From Spirochaetia bacterium (GTDB lineage: Bacteria; Spirochaetota; Spirochaetia; SP-2023): DNA of 64,000 bases. The notes beneath the pieces are model-generated. The model was not told the DNA's origin. It did not search any database and saw only the letters and a program-made list of their open reading frames with translations. Each line of letters begins with the position of its first letter. The first letter of the stretch is position 1. Shown piece after piece: positions 30,731 to 43,291 of this stretch. A program made the position numbers and the translations under genes. The DNA lies in the NCBI GenBank assembly GCA_965225855.1, contig CBDDCK010000005.1:288001-352000 (forward strand). The letters run 5' to 3'.

Positions 30731-31477
30731 ATGCTAACACTATACCCCGCAATTGACCTAATCAATGGTTGTTGCGTGCGTCTAACCCAAGGGGACTTTC
30801 ATCGGCAAAGCAATTACCCAACACAGCCCAAAGAATTAGCCCAAGCTTACCAACAAGCAGGCAGCCAATGGCTCCATGTGATAGACTTAGATGCAGCAAA
30901 AAGCCGCGGGGCTAAGCATCAATTAGCAACAATTCAAGATATAGTAGAAACTAGCGGCCTTAAAGTCCAATGTGGTGGCGGTATCCAAAACCAAGAGCGG
31001 CTACAACAAATTTTTGCCGCTAGAATAGAACGCGCTATTGTTGGCAGTCTCTGCGTGAAGGAACCAGCAACAGTACAACAATGGCTGGAGAAATTTGGGC
31101 CCGAACGCATTGTTCTTGCTTTAGATATCAGCTACCGCAACGATACCCCCTACATGGCTATTCACGGTTGGCAAGAGCTTAGCGATAAAACGTTATGGCA
31201 ACTACTAGAACAATTCACCACAGCCAAGCACATTTTATGCACCGACATTGACAAAGATGGGACATTGCAAGGGCCTAATTTGGCTTTATACCAAAGTATT
31301 CGGCAACGCTTTCCCCAGCTTCAAGTGCAAGCGTCCGGCGGTATCGCCAGCCTCAATGATCTTGGGAATTTAGAGCAAAACCATATATCTGGGGCTGTAT
31401 TGGGTAAGTCCCTTTTAGAAGGACTGTTTACCTTGGAACAGGCGATACAGCAACTCAAAAGTGGCTCAACTAATTAG
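30731..31477 (+). CDS. hisA: ProFAR isomerase
   Basis: LYPAIDL..G.CVRLTQGD, HVIDLD, GGGI, TDIDKDGTLQGPN. Confidence 0.95.
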   Translation: MLTLYPAIDLINGCCVRLTQGDFHRQSNYPTQPKELAQAYQQAGSQWLHVIDLDAAKSRGAKHQLATIQDIVETSGLKVQCGGGIQNQERLQQIFAARIERAIVGSLCVKEPATVQQWLEKFGPERIVLALDISYRNDTPYMAIHGWQELSDKTLWQLLEQFTTAKHILCTDIDKDGTLQGPNLALYQSIRQRFPQLQVQASGGIASLNDLGNLEQNHISGAVLGKSLLEGLFTLEQAIQQLKSGSTN

Positions 31478-31517
31478 CTATATTTTTTATTGGTAAAAAT
31501 TTGTAACAAGGAATACT

Positions 31518-32294
31518 ATGCTTTGCAAACGCATTATCCCCTGCTTGGACGTAAAAGATGGCCAAGTAGTAAAGGGTGTGGAATTTCGCAACCATCAAGT
31601 GCAAGGCTCAATTTTGGAGCTAGCACAGCGTTATTGCAATGAAGGTGCTGATGAACTAGTATTTTACGACATTACCGCCAGCAGTGATAAACGCTGTGTT
31701 GAAAAAGCTTGGGTTGCGCGAGTGGCCGAAATACTCGATATTCCCTTTGCTGTAGCAGGAGGTATCCGCACTTTAGAACAAGGGCGTATTATCTTGGCTC
31801 ATGGGGCGGACAAAATTTCCATAAACTCCCCAGCCTTAGAAAATCCCCAGCTAATTGACAAGATGGCTGCAACCTTTGGTAGCCAATGCATCGTTGTCGG
31901 TATCGACAGCCACTGGAATTTAGAAAGTGGTAGCTACTGCATTAAGCAATATACTGGCTGCCCAGAGAAAATGCGTGATACCCAACGGAAATTACTCCAT
32001 TGGGCTCATGAAGCCCAAGAGCGTGGCGCAGGTGAAATTGTATTAAACTGTATGGACCAAGATGGCAAATGCAACGGCTACGATTTAGACCAATTGAAAC
32101 TATTGTGCGAAAATGTTTCTATCCCCATTGTGGCTTCCGGTGGTGCGGGGAACAAACAACATTTTTTAGAACTATTTCAACAAGTCGGCAATGAAGCTGC
32201 CCTTGCGGCTAGTGTTTTTCACCAAAAATTACTTACGATTACAGAGCTCAAACAATATCTACACAATCATCAAATCAAAGTTCGCTTACCTTAA
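31518..32294 (+). CDS. hisF: Imidazole glycerol phosphate synthase, cyclase subunit
   Basis: [36 protein letters not shown]. Confidence 0.97.
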   Translation: MLCKRIIPCLDVKDGQVVKGVEFRNHQVQGSILELAQRYCNEGADELVFYDITASSDKRCVEKAWVARVAEILDIPFAVAGGIRTLEQGRIILAHGADKISINSPALENPQLIDKMAATFGSQCIVVGIDSHWNLESGSYCIKQYTGCPEKMRDTQRKLLHWAHEAQERGAGEIVLNCMDQDGKCNGYDLDQLKLLCENVSIPIVASGGAGNKQHFLELFQQVGNEAALAASVFHQKLLTITELKQYLHNHQIKVRLP

Positions 32295-32376
32295 AGAATA
32301 AAAAAATAGACAACAGCTTTACTTTTGTTAAATATTTGGCTAAGATGGCTATCTATGATTGTAGGATAAACAAGTA

Positions 32377-32637
32377 ATGAAAAAATTAATTACGATATTC
32401 TGTGTTCTTATAGCGTTCAATAACAATGCCTTTGCCGTAGATGTAGAAAAATTGGTAGAAACTAAGACCAGTTGGAACGGAAACAGGTGAGACTTTAGAA
32501 ATGCGATCTGTGGACCAAATAGTGGAAGTTGTTGATAAATGGCACTATGGTGAAAATAGGGGAGATACGGATAGCGAAATAGTTGTGGTCTATATTGGTG
32601 ATGGAAAAAACCGATAACGACAACAAAAAAACCTTAA
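32377..32637 (+). pseudogene. Exported cupin-domain protein remnant with an internal deletion
   Basis: Signal peptide + VEKLVETKTSWNG, then out-of-frame EVVDKWHYGENRGDTDSEIVVVYIG. Confidence 0.55.
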
Positions 32638-32759
32638 CCATACTACTTAAGTCTTTCTGAATGTTTTTTATTATAAATCAAGCTTTATGAAATTAAAAAT
32701 CTACAGAGCTTGGTTGTTCGTTACACTTTGGTTATTAACTGTTTTAGCCAGTTAGGAAT

Positions 32760-33857
32760 TTGTTACAAATAATGTTGTATTTATTCCAGCTTATTGACCA
32801 ATTGCTCAACCATCGCTGTATTCAAGCCACTCGGCTGTTTTTATCACTCATTTTTCTAAACATTTTATTCGGATCAATGTTTTATTGGGCCGAGCACTCC
32901 GCAGAAAACCAAATAAGCTGGCTGGACTCTCTTTGGTGGGCTATTGTTACCATGACTACCGTTGGCTATGGCGATATTAGCCCGTTGTCATGGCAGGGGC
33001 GTTTTCTAGTAGCGTATCCTGCGATGTTTAGTGGTATAGGCCTTGTTTCCTATATCATAGGCTCATTGACAGCAGGTATTATGAACTTTCGTAAAAAACA
33101 AAGGATGGGAATGCTTACAATGAAACTCAAAAAACATATCGTAATTTGCAATCAACCCAGCATTCGGAAAATAGCAAATATCATTACCGAAATTCGGCGA
33201 GAGTATGCCCGTTTACCTATTGTCATTCTCGGTGATAGCTGGAGTGAACTACCCGATGAGCTAAAACAATTGCAAATATATTTTGTTCATGCTGACTCTA
33301 GCCGCAAAACGGGGTTAGAGCAAGCAGCCGTATCGAAAGCTCGTGCCGTATTTATCTTACCGCGCAAACTTGATGAGCCACAATCCGACCACAGCAGTTT
33401 CATTACCGCTAGCTTAATACAAACGTTAAACCAAGAAGCCGTTAAAACAGCCACTCACAAAATTCGCTGTTTGGTCGAGTTGGTTTTACCTGAAAATGAA
33501 AGTTTGATTCAAGAAGCAAAACCAGATAAAATATTTGTACCTCAAGTTTTCAATGAAAATGTAATGGTTCAAGAATTTCTCAAGCCCGGAATTTCCGTTC
33601 TTCTTAGCAATTTAATTTCAACAGAAGGGGACCAGCTTTTTGCTACAGAGCAAAAATTAGCAGGCTGGAGTCTAAAAGATATTTACATGCAGCTCTTTGC
33701 TCTCGATTCAAATATCCAGTTATGCGGTGTCCATAAAGCCAATGGCAAATTTGATTTAGCTCCCCATTATTCTTATATACTCCAGCCAAAAGACAAATTG
33801 CTCTTAGTGGCCCGCGAATTACAAACGTATCAAAAATTTGAAAAAGAGCTTTTATAA
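32760..33857 (+). CDS. Potassium channel with RCK/TrkA domain
   Basis: WWAIVTMTTVGYGD selectivity filter; two TM helices; C-terminal RCK-like region. Confidence 0.92.
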   Translation: MLQIMLYLFQLIDQLLNHRCIQATRLFLSLIFLNILFGSMFYWAEHSAENQISWLDSLWWAIVTMTTVGYGDISPLSWQGRFLVAYPAMFSGIGLVSYIIGSLTAGIMNFRKKQRMGMLTMKLKKHIVICNQPSIRKIANIITEIRREYARLPIVILGDSWSELPDELKQLQIYFVHADSSRKTGLEQAAVSKARAVFILPRKLDEPQSDHSSFITASLIQTLNQEAVKTATHKIRCLVELVLPENESLIQEAKPDKIFVPQVFNENVMVQEFLKPGISVLLSNLISTEGDQLFATEQKLAGWSLKDIYMQLFALDSNIQLCGVHKANGKFDLAPHYSYILQPKDKLLLVARELQTYQKFEKELL

Positions 33858-34760
33858 AAATAATGGGCGCAAGCTACCTCTCATTTTTTTTTGCCTGCCT
33901 TTTGCAGTTTCGAGTAATAGTTCACCACAAGAACCCAAACCGAGCAATACTCCCCGAATACATGAAATGTTGCCGTCATTATCGGGTTCAAAAAATTCAA
34001 TTGGGCTACCAACAAAAATCATATTGTTTTCTATCTCTTGCAATAATTCTGACTTGGAATTTTCCTCCCAGTTCTGCCAAGTATTTTGAAGCTGTAAACT
34101 ACAATCCTGCCAGAATTCAATTAAATTTTCTGGAGCCGGCAAACTAGCAGCCTGTAACACTGGAAGATCCTTATCATTAGCTGCTAAATTACCAAAACAA
34201 AAATTATCGGAAAAATTTAAACCCAATCCGATCCTCAAAGAATTTTGCCGATGTTCCAGTAGTAAGCCCCCTACTTTTCGGATTTCATCATCGATAAATA
34301 ACACAATATCATTAGGCCACTTTAGAAAAACAGAAAAACCTTGGCTTTTTAATATACGTACGAAAACGGTTGCAATTAACATCGGCAACAGAGTTTGGTT
34401 ACCATTGCTGAACAAAGAGCAGGGGATTATTTGGCTTATGCATAAATTTCCCAGTGGACTTTTCCATTGGCGGCCATATTGTCCTCTACCTTGTGTTTGA
34501 TAACAAGCCATTACCCAATCCCAAGTAGTAAAACCTTGGAATTTCTCTAATTGAGTAAGAATATCAAATGTAGAAAGACAACTATCAACAATAGCTGCCT
34601 TACCATTGCCAGCAGGATATAACCCCAACTGACGAATACTGTCAAGAGGAAATATCTTCAATTCGGAAATATTGGGAATACTTCTTTGCCAAATAATAGA
34701 TTGACGACAAATCTCGTCAATGTTATAGCCAAAATATTGTAAAAAAGGTTTTTGTACCAT
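33852..34760 (-). CDS. birA: Biotin--protein ligase
   Basis: QTQGRGQYGRQWKSP, LKWPND, KVGGLL. Confidence 0.88.
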   Translation of the reverse strand: MVQKPFLQYFGYNIDEICRQSIIWQRSIPNISELKIFPLDSIRQLGLYPAGNGKAAIVDSCLSTFDILTQLEKFQGFTTWDWVMACYQTQGRGQYGRQWKSPLGNLCISQIIPCSLFSNGNQTLLPMLIATVFVRILKSQGFSVFLKWPNDIVLFIDDEIRKVGGLLLEHRQNSLRIGLGLNFSDNFCFGNLAANDKDLPVLQAASLPAPENLIEFWQDCSLQLQNTWQNWEENSKSELLQEIENNMIFVGSPIEFFEPDNDGNISCIRGVLLGLGSCGELLLETAKGRQKKMRGSLRPLFL

Positions 34761-35091
34761 TCTCTCTTTAAATAACGTTCACTAAAAAAGACTACTACCT
34801 CCACCACCACTTCCAAAACGATCGCTAGAGGAACTATTATCCAGATTAGGAGCCCCCTGTATTGTAGGGAGAATAATTACAACTAGGGTCTGAATTGGAA
34901 TAACGACCATCGGCTTCTTTCTCCGCATTTCCCTCAAGGCAATTTCACACTTGTTTTACAAATCAAGATTAGAACCAGTAAGTAATCCAGACCTCCGATT
35001 TAAAATGTCCATAGTACGTTTAATATCTTCAATTCTTTCATTGATTTTGCCCATATCGTGAAACAACAATGGCACGATTGAACTAAAGTTA

Positions 35092-35753
35092 CTAAATCTT
35101 CAGGTCGGATTCTAAGGCCATCTGGTAATCCATTAAAGCAGCATTATGATTCCCCATATGGTAATGGACAATTCTACGACCACTATATGCATTGGCATAG
35201 CGAGGATCGAGAACCAAAGTTGTAGAAAAATCTAATAATGCAGCTTGAGAGTTGCCTTTTGCGTAGTATGATAGCCCGCGATTTGAATAGATTACTGCAT
35301 TTTCGGGATCGAGGTTCAAAGCTCTATTGTAGTCGGCAATTGCTTTATCGTACTCTTGATTAGCAGTAAAGGCAGTGCCACGAGATGAAGAAACCATAGC
35401 TTACGCTTTGCTTGAAGATAATTCTAAAGCATAAGAATAATTGCGGATAGCTTGATTGAAATACTCGCTATTTTGTTGAGCGACACCTAAATTATAATAG
35501 GCTCGATTATCAAATTTCAAAGAAAAGTTAAGGAAAGCAATGCCATTGGTATACAAACCTTTGTTTATAGCCTCTATTCCTTTTTCAAAATATTCTTGCC
35601 CTTTTCGCTGAGCCTCAGAATTTGTCCCTGATGATTTTTGAGCACAAAGATTCATACTAAGCAAGCCCAAGCAAAAATACAAAATACAGCCATACTAACT
35701 ATTAACAAGCGCAAATTATCTTTGCTAAATCTCAATTCTATTTGCTTCATCAT
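35092..35753 (-). pseudogene. TPR protein gene split into fragments
   Basis: Consecutive TPR-bearing ORFs 35401-35682 and 35092-35397 separated by a stop; signal-like 5' part out of frame. Confidence 0.6.
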
Positions 35754-36022
35754 TATGGCCATCAAATATAATCCCCTAGTTATTCAAAATTCATAGTCGC
35801 AATATTCTATCTGAAGATGCATCTACATGCAAGTTTTTTATTTTTCTTGATCTTTATACAAACAGAACGCATTTTGCAGGAGCTATAAGGCAAAGAAAAA
35901 TGCTTAGCTTTACCTAAGACTTTTACCCAACAAAAGTACAAGCATGTGAGGTCAAGGCCAACTGGAGGGTACAACTCAAAAACAATAGTAAAAAATAGGA
36001 TAGAGGGACGGCGATAAATAAC

Positions 36023-36214
36023 TTGGTTGAAAGAAAGTCTAGCAGTTTAGAGAAAGCTACCCCCGAGTACAACGGGTATAAGATGTATTTTGGCTTTGAC
36101 ACTTTGATCACTGATGAGGAGATGATAGAACAAGTGCGGGCAAATGACATATTCTTACTAACTCAAGATGACGACCATATCGAGATAGTGAATGACCATA
36201 TGAGAGCGTATTGA
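36023..36214 (+). CDS. Small hypothetical protein or gene remnant
   Basis: 63-aa ORF with protein-like composition; no recognised motif. Confidence 0.3.
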   Translation: MVERKSSSLEKATPEYNGYKMYFGFDTLITDEEMIEQVRANDIFLLTQDDDHIEIVNDHMRAY

Positions 36215-36491
36215 TAATGTCTTTAGAAAAAGTAACTATAGGTATCTCTAAGTTCGGATAGATAAGAACTCCTAGCCCGTGAAGATAATACTTCGGTTCC
36301 TTGCTAGCTATACTATTGTATTGAGTAGGTAAAAGTCTTCTCGCTTATCAAAATTGCTCTTTATACACCAAACTAGGGTAGGGTAGGCGTCTTATTTTTC
36401 TTTGTTTTGTAGTAAATGCTTTATTGCTCTAGCGATTGTGTAGTAATTTCAATATAGTTAAGGCCCTATTATAATCGCTAAAGGAGCTACT

Positions 36492-38330
36492 ATGCGCAGT
36501 GAAATAAAAGAGCGACTGCAATTTATCTATGGCAGAGAGCAGGCCAACGCCGTCCTGCCTCAATTTCAGAAATTGCTTGAGAAGTGGCGGATAATACTAA
36601 ACGACCAAGCCATAACCGATAGCCAAGCTCGAAATGCAATTCGAGACTCAATCCGATATTCAGTCGGAAACCAAAGCCCATATCAAGCCAGAAGCGAGTT
36701 ACGAGGCGAATTTCTGCCTTTAGACCAAAGCCACGTGGTGATGATTACTTATGGTGATTCTATCCGCCGTCCCCAGCCCTTGCCCGATGGCAGTATTGCC
36801 TTTGAAGGCCACACCAAAGAGCCACCGCTACAAACCTTAAAAAAGTTTGCCGATCGCTATTTGTGCGAGCTAATCTCCACAATCCATCTACTGCCCTGCT
36901 TCCCCTACACTTCCGATGATGGCTTTTCGGTAGCTGATTATCGCACTATCGACCCCAACCTAGGCACTTGGAACGATGTGGACCAGCTAAAAAAGAATTT
37001 CTATCTAATGTATGACCTCGTGCTGAATCACTGTTCGCAAAGCATCAAATGGTTCCAAGGTTTTCTGGCTGGTGACCCTCAATATGATGATTGGTTTTGC
37101 ACTTGCTCCCCCGAAGAACCACGTTTAGCGCAAGTCTTCCGCCCCCGCGCCTTGCCCCTGCTTCACCAATTTGATTGCATAGACACCAACGGTCAGCCTA
37201 CCGCTGAAAAGAAATCCGTTTGGACGACCTTCAGCCCAGACCAAGTAGATGTAAACTTTGCCAATCCCAAGGTTATGCTAGAATACTTTGACATCTTCTT
37301 GGAATATATCTCCTACGGCGCCCAAATCGTACGGCTAGATGCCATTGGCTTCCTGTGGAAAGAGTTAGGTACAAGTTGTATGCACCATCCCAAGACCCAC
37401 GCCGTGGTGCAGCTCATGCGTTTGCTGCTCAAAGAGCTTGCCCCAGAGTCGGTATTGCTTACTGAAACCAACGTCCCACAAGCAGAAAATATTTCCTACT
37501 TTGGCAATGGCCACAATGAGGCCCAAATGGTCTACCAGTTTTCCCTACCGCCACTGACCTTAAACAGCTTTATGCAAGGCAACGCCAGCCACCTAACGAC
37601 TTGGGCTAAACAACTACCTGCCCCTAATCCGTACTATACCTTTTTTAACTTTCTAGCATCGCATGACGGCATCGGCATGTTGCCCGCGCATGATTATCTT
37701 AGCCAACAAGAGCAGGACTATTTGGTGGCCCAAGTTTTAGCGCGTGGTGGCAAAGTCAACTACAAATCCACCCCAGATGGAGAAATCCCCTACGAGTTGA
37801 ACATGAATTATCTGGACGCCATTGCCGAGCCAGAGCTTCCGCTTGCCGAACGGGCAGCTAAGTTTCTGGCTGCACAGTCTATTCTCATAGGGATGGCCGG
37901 TGTCCCCGGCATATACATCCACAGCATCTTAGGTTCAGGCAACTGGATAAGAGGAATGGAAGAATCGGGCATCAATCGCCGTATCAACCGCGAAAAGCTC
38001 GACTTAGACGAACTAATTGGTGAACTCAGACAAAGTGGCAGCCTACGCCAGTTAATCTACCATGGCATGAAAAATATGCTTCGCGTGCGCCGTGGCCATC
38101 GATCATTCGACCCCGCAGCGGATCAACGCATTTTGGAACTAGCTCCAGAGGTCTTTGCATTTACACGCGGTGGAACCGACAGCGAAATGGTGCGTTGTTT
38201 GGTAAACTGCTCATCGAAAGGGTTGAGCTTATCCTGCAGTGGTGGAAAGGACTTACTGAGTCTTCAAGACTTTGTCGCCAATCAAGAAGGGCTTTTCATT
38301 AAACCATACCAAGTTTTGTGGTTAGCCTAG
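36492..38330 (+). CDS. GH13_18 glycoside phosphorylase (sucrose/glucosylglycerate phosphorylase family)
   Basis: ITYGD, SDDGF, DLVLNH, WTTFS.DQVD, RLDAIGFLWK, TETNVP, NFLASHDGIG. Confidence 0.92.
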   Translation: MRSEIKERLQFIYGREQANAVLPQFQKLLEKWRIILNDQAITDSQARNAIRDSIRYSVGNQSPYQARSELRGEFLPLDQSHVVMITYGDSIRRPQPLPDGSIAFEGHTKEPPLQTLKKFADRYLCELISTIHLLPCFPYTSDDGFSVADYRTIDPNLGTWNDVDQLKKNFYLMYDLVLNHCSQSIKWFQGFLAGDPQYDDWFCTCSPEEPRLAQVFRPRALPLLHQFDCIDTNGQPTAEKKSVWTTFSPDQVDVNFANPKVMLEYFDIFLEYISYGAQIVRLDAIGFLWKELGTSCMHHPKTHAVVQLMRLLLKELAPESVLLTETNVPQAENISYFGNGHNEAQMVYQFSLPPLTLNSFMQGNASHLTTWAKQLPAPNPYYTFFNFLASHDGIGMLPAHDYLSQQEQDYLVAQVLARGGKVNYKSTPDGEIPYELNMNYLDAIAEPELPLAERAAKFLAAQSILIGMAGVPGIYIHSILGSGNWIRGMEESGINRRINREKLDLDELIGELRQSGSLRQLIYHGMKNMLRVRRGHRSFDPAADQRILELAPEVFAFTRGGTDSEMVRCLVNCSSKGLSLSCSGGKDLLSLQDFVANQEGLFIKPYQVLWLA

Positions 38331-38351
38331 CCTTAAGTACTAGAACATAAT

Positions 38352-38383
38352 AAAAAAGCCTGACGAAATCGTCAGGCTTTTTT
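38352..38383. terminator. Bidirectional intrinsic terminator
   Basis: AAAAAAGCCTGACGA-AA-TCGTCAGGCTTTTTT between convergent genes. Confidence 0.9.
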
Positions 38384-38399
38384 ATTATAAAGACTTTGC

Positions 38400-39584
38400 T
38401 TAGTTTTGGAATACTAAGTAGTAGGTATAACTTAGTATTAAAGCAGGAATGGTACTATAAAAGGTTGCGTACAGGGCTGCTTTAGGGGAAAGGCTCAATG
38501 CAGGGAATAAAGCATCACCATCATTAGAAATTGCATTGCCTAACAATGCGGACATAGGGATAGTGCCATTGACATATAAAGCCGTGGTTAAAATCTGGGG
38601 GCCACAGCCCGGAAGCCAGCCAATTAAAACCCCAAGCAAAGGAACTAGGGGCCCAACCGTCTGGAATAGAGCTTCCAAATCATACCCCGTTAGGTATATA
38701 GCAACATCATACAAAGCAAAACCCAACACAACCCATAGTGTGATAAAACTGGTTTCAGCCACTACACGCCGCCGAAGTTTAGTTTCAGGGTTCATATGAA
38801 CAATGTGGGGCATGGACTCTTTAGGTGCCGATAGGAACGTTATCATTGCCAGAATTCCTCCAAAGATAGCAATATTGTCGGCAATAGCCGTTTCTCCAGA
38901 AGGATCAATCACTAAGTTCATATCGTATTGCAAAGCTGCCCCTATGCCAAGAAAAACCCCGGGAATCATCAAGCCTAACCAAAGATAATCCAGCGGTTTC
39001 CAAAAAGCTGGATTCATAGGAGCAGGCATAGATTTATTGCGATTGATAGCTTCTTTTTCTTTTGATAAGACCTTGGGAACAGGGAACATGTCCGTAATGT
39101 AGCCTGTAATAATCCCTACAAAGAATCCAACACCGATAACAATAAAGCCCGTTCTAGGTTGAGCTGCTAACAGGATAAAAGCTGCATCGCCCATAGTTGA
39201 AACCAAAGTTGCCGTCAACGCTCCAAATGTTAAACCACCCTTTACATATTGGGTTACAACCATTACAGCACCGCCACAACCAGGCAAACTACCCAGAGCA
39301 GAAGCAATAATGATTTGAGCTTTCGGATAGCGGGAAATAAATGTAGCAAAATCTATTTTGGCAATTTTTTCAAGGCCATAGAGCAACCCTAAAGTTAGTG
39401 CAACAAAAGTTGTAACACCTATATAAGCATCATTGATAGAACCAGAAATAACATTCCACAATTCAGGGCTTACCAGCATGATAGCTGTGAAAAAGATAAC
39501 TACGTAAAACGAACGCCACAAAGGAACAGATATAGGAACATATATGTTTGAGCGAACATCTTTCCTAAAATATAAATTAGACAT
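38400..39584 (-). CDS. Putative manganese/heavy-metal transporter (DUF2899 type)
   Basis: LPGCGGA, TMGDAAF, LPGCGPQI, AISNDGDALFP; about 10 TM helices. Confidence 0.8.
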   Translation of the reverse strand: MSNLYFRKDVRSNIYVPISVPLWRSFYVVIFFTAIMLVSPELWNVISGSINDAYIGVTTFVALTLGLLYGLEKIAKIDFATFISRYPKAQIIIASALGSLPGCGGAVMVVTQYVKGGLTFGALTATLVSTMGDAAFILLAAQPRTGFIVIGVGFFVGIITGYITDMFPVPKVLSKEKEAINRNKSMPAPMNPAFWKPLDYLWLGLMIPGVFLGIGAALQYDMNLVIDPSGETAIADNIAIFGGILAMITFLSAPKESMPHIVHMNPETKLRRRVVAETSFITLWVVLGFALYDVAIYLTGYDLEALFQTVGPLVPLLGVLIGWLPGCGPQILTTALYVNGTIPMSALLGNAISNDGDALFPALSLSPKAALYATFYSTIPALILSYTYYLVFQN

Positions 39585-39868
39585 TAAATCTCCTAAGAAA
39601 TAATAAGATACAGGAATTAATAAAAATTCTGATGATGTTTTTATACCCCCTATATAAATATATAGTTATTGTAAGAATATAAAGACAGTCAATATTAAAT
39701 TATACTGTTTAAAATATATTGAGACAATAAAATTTAAGCTAAATAAATTTTTGAAGGCGTTTTTTCGTTTCAGTAAGAGAATATTGAAGAGTGTATAAAT
39801 TATGTGTATGTAATGAAAGTAAATAAAAATTGTGTGTAAAAAATAACTTGATTTTTTGAATATTGCGC

Positions 39869-39896
39869 TTGACATAAAATGGATTTAGGCTATAGT
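39869..39896 (+). promoter_or_regulatory. Sigma70 promoter of the 16S gene
   Basis: TTGACA-16 bp-TATAGT, AT-rich upstream region, GC-rich discriminator, boxA-like TGTTCATTGACA at 39961. Confidence 0.8.
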
Positions 39897-40091
39897 AGCG
39901 CACACATCGCAGCTATCTATGAATATGGCATTGTTTATGTCGAAGAGCAGTGTATGCGAATGTTCATTGACAATAGAGAAGAGTAGGGAAGACATGACGC
40001 TTGTGTAGCAGTTTTATTCATTTGTTTATGTATGGGAAATGAGTGGCTGTAACAAGATGGAACAAACTTGCTAGCTTCGGCTAGTGTTAAT

Positions 40092-41659
<1,568 letters not shown>

Positions 41660-41737
41660 AAAGTGAAAGGGTCTCGTAAGAGAAAATAGAGCTTATAAGC
41701 TCAACAACAGTCATGTCTTCCTTAGTCTTTTTTATAT

Positions 41738-41771
41738 AAGAATCCCCAGCAATTTGTTGGGGATTTCTTTT
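41738..41771 (+). terminator. Intrinsic terminator after 16S
   Basis: AATCCCCAGCAA-T-TTGTTGGGGATT followed by a T run. Confidence 0.8.
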
Positions 41772-41983
41772 GTCTAGTTATATATTTAGAATCAAGATAT
41801 TTTTTATGCGAACAAATATTTTTTACAATTTGATTAGTGAACAGTGAAGCTCTATAATTTTCTTTTAATTTTATTTTTGTTTTTAGCTCCTTTGGGTTTC
41901 GTTCTTCTTTTTATAGTTAGAAAACGTTCGGAGCTTTTAAATAAAATTGGTAATATGAGTTTAAATTCTCGAGGAGGAAAATA

Positions 41984-42523
41984 ATGAAAAGATTGTGTCT
42001 TTTTTATCCCATATTATTAGTTATTGTTGCTATGTTTATGCAAGGATGCGCTAGTATAGTTAGTAAGTCAGAATATATTGTTAGTATCGCTAGTGAGCCT
42101 TCTGAGGCTACTGTCACGGTAGAAAATAGAGATGGTAAGCTTGTTTTTACCGGTACTACTCCTGCACAGGTAACTTTGCAATCGGCTGCTGACGTTTTTA
42201 TAAAAGGAAGCTATACTATTACTTTTGAAAAAGAAGGTTATACGAAAAAAGTTGTATCTATTGTAAGTAAAATCGATGGCTGGTATGTTGCTGGAAATTT
42301 CTTTTTTGGTGGGTTGCTCGGTTGGTTAATCATTGATCCAGTTTCGGGAGCAATGTGGACTTTAAGAGATAATCAAAATGTCCATGCCGATCTAACTGCC
42401 ACTTCTTCTCTACCTGATGATGCTTCGACAAAAGCTGTCTCTTCTATGGATGTTGGTCTGCGCGTAATGGCTTACAATGATTTGTCTGAAGATATGAAAT
42501 ATAGGCTTGTGAGATTGAACTAA
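41984..42523 (+). CDS. Lipoprotein with PEGA-like domain
   Basis: Lipobox MQG-C, ASIVS, SEPSEATV, GTTPA, FEKEGY, GNFFFGGLLGWLIIDP; strong RBS. Confidence 0.8.
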   Translation: MKRLCLFYPILLVIVAMFMQGCASIVSKSEYIVSIASEPSEATVTVENRDGKLVFTGTTPAQVTLQSAADVFIKGSYTITFEKEGYTKKVVSIVSKIDGWYVAGNFFFGGLLGWLIIDPVSGAMWTLRDNQNVHADLTATSSLPDDASTKAVSSMDVGLRVMAYNDLSEDMKYRLVRLN

Positions 42524-42569
42524 TTTTGGTTAAGAGTATATGTCTCAAATAATTTCTTTTTATTTCCCT

Positions 42570-42839
42570 TCATCTACTACAGTTTAACACAAGCACTATA
42601 TAAAGATTACTACTAATTTGCGCAAAAGTACTGTGAATGGTAAAAAGCTGTTGTGGCTTTAATGGTTGTAAATACTGTAACTGGATTTCGGCAACAACCA
42701 AGTGAATACCTTGCTGGCTAAGTTTGGGTACACTGAAATATTGCTTTATGGCAGAGTGGCGGGCATGTTCTAAATAATTTTGGTATACAGCATTATTGAC
42801 CACGCCTTGGTAATCACATTCGTAATCACGGACTTCCAT
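42570..42839 (-). pseudogene. YbgC/4HBT acyl-CoA thioesterase, C-terminally truncated
   Basis: VRDYECDYQGVVNNAVYQNYLEHAR; only 89 aa. Confidence 0.7.
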
Positions 42840-43069
42840 TTCTAAAATATGCTTGATCTTGTCCCTTTTTTGCCCCTTTTTGTTTCTTTAACCATTCCCT
42901 ATACCTTGGCATTATCCCATTCTTGAGCCAGTACCTTGCCCCACACAGCATAGTTTATACAGCTCCTGCAATTTGTGCAATATAACCTTCGCCTTCCACC
43001 TTTAGCAGTCTAAAGCCTGTAATTCAATTCGGCTTCCAAATTTTTTTGTTCTTTTTAGCTTGGTTGTTC

Positions 43070-43290
43070 CAGCCTTGATAATAAAATTTACCAAGGCTAG
43101 AATTGGCAAAAGCAGCCTTAATAAAAAAATTTACAGCCTTGACAAAAAAATTTGTAGCCTTAATAAATTTTTTTCCAGCCTTGGTATTTTCTCCATACCA
43201 AGGCTATAACTTGGTAAAAGCAGCCTTAATAAAAAAACTTACCAAGGCTGCAATTGGCCAACTAAGCATTGCTTACCGCAACAACCAAAC
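43070..43290. repeat. Degenerate AGCCTT/CCAAGGCT repeat cluster in the trailer of paralog 3
   Basis: Repeated CAGCCTT(A/G) and TACCAAGGCT units in both orientations. Confidence 0.7.
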
Positions 43291-43291
43291 C

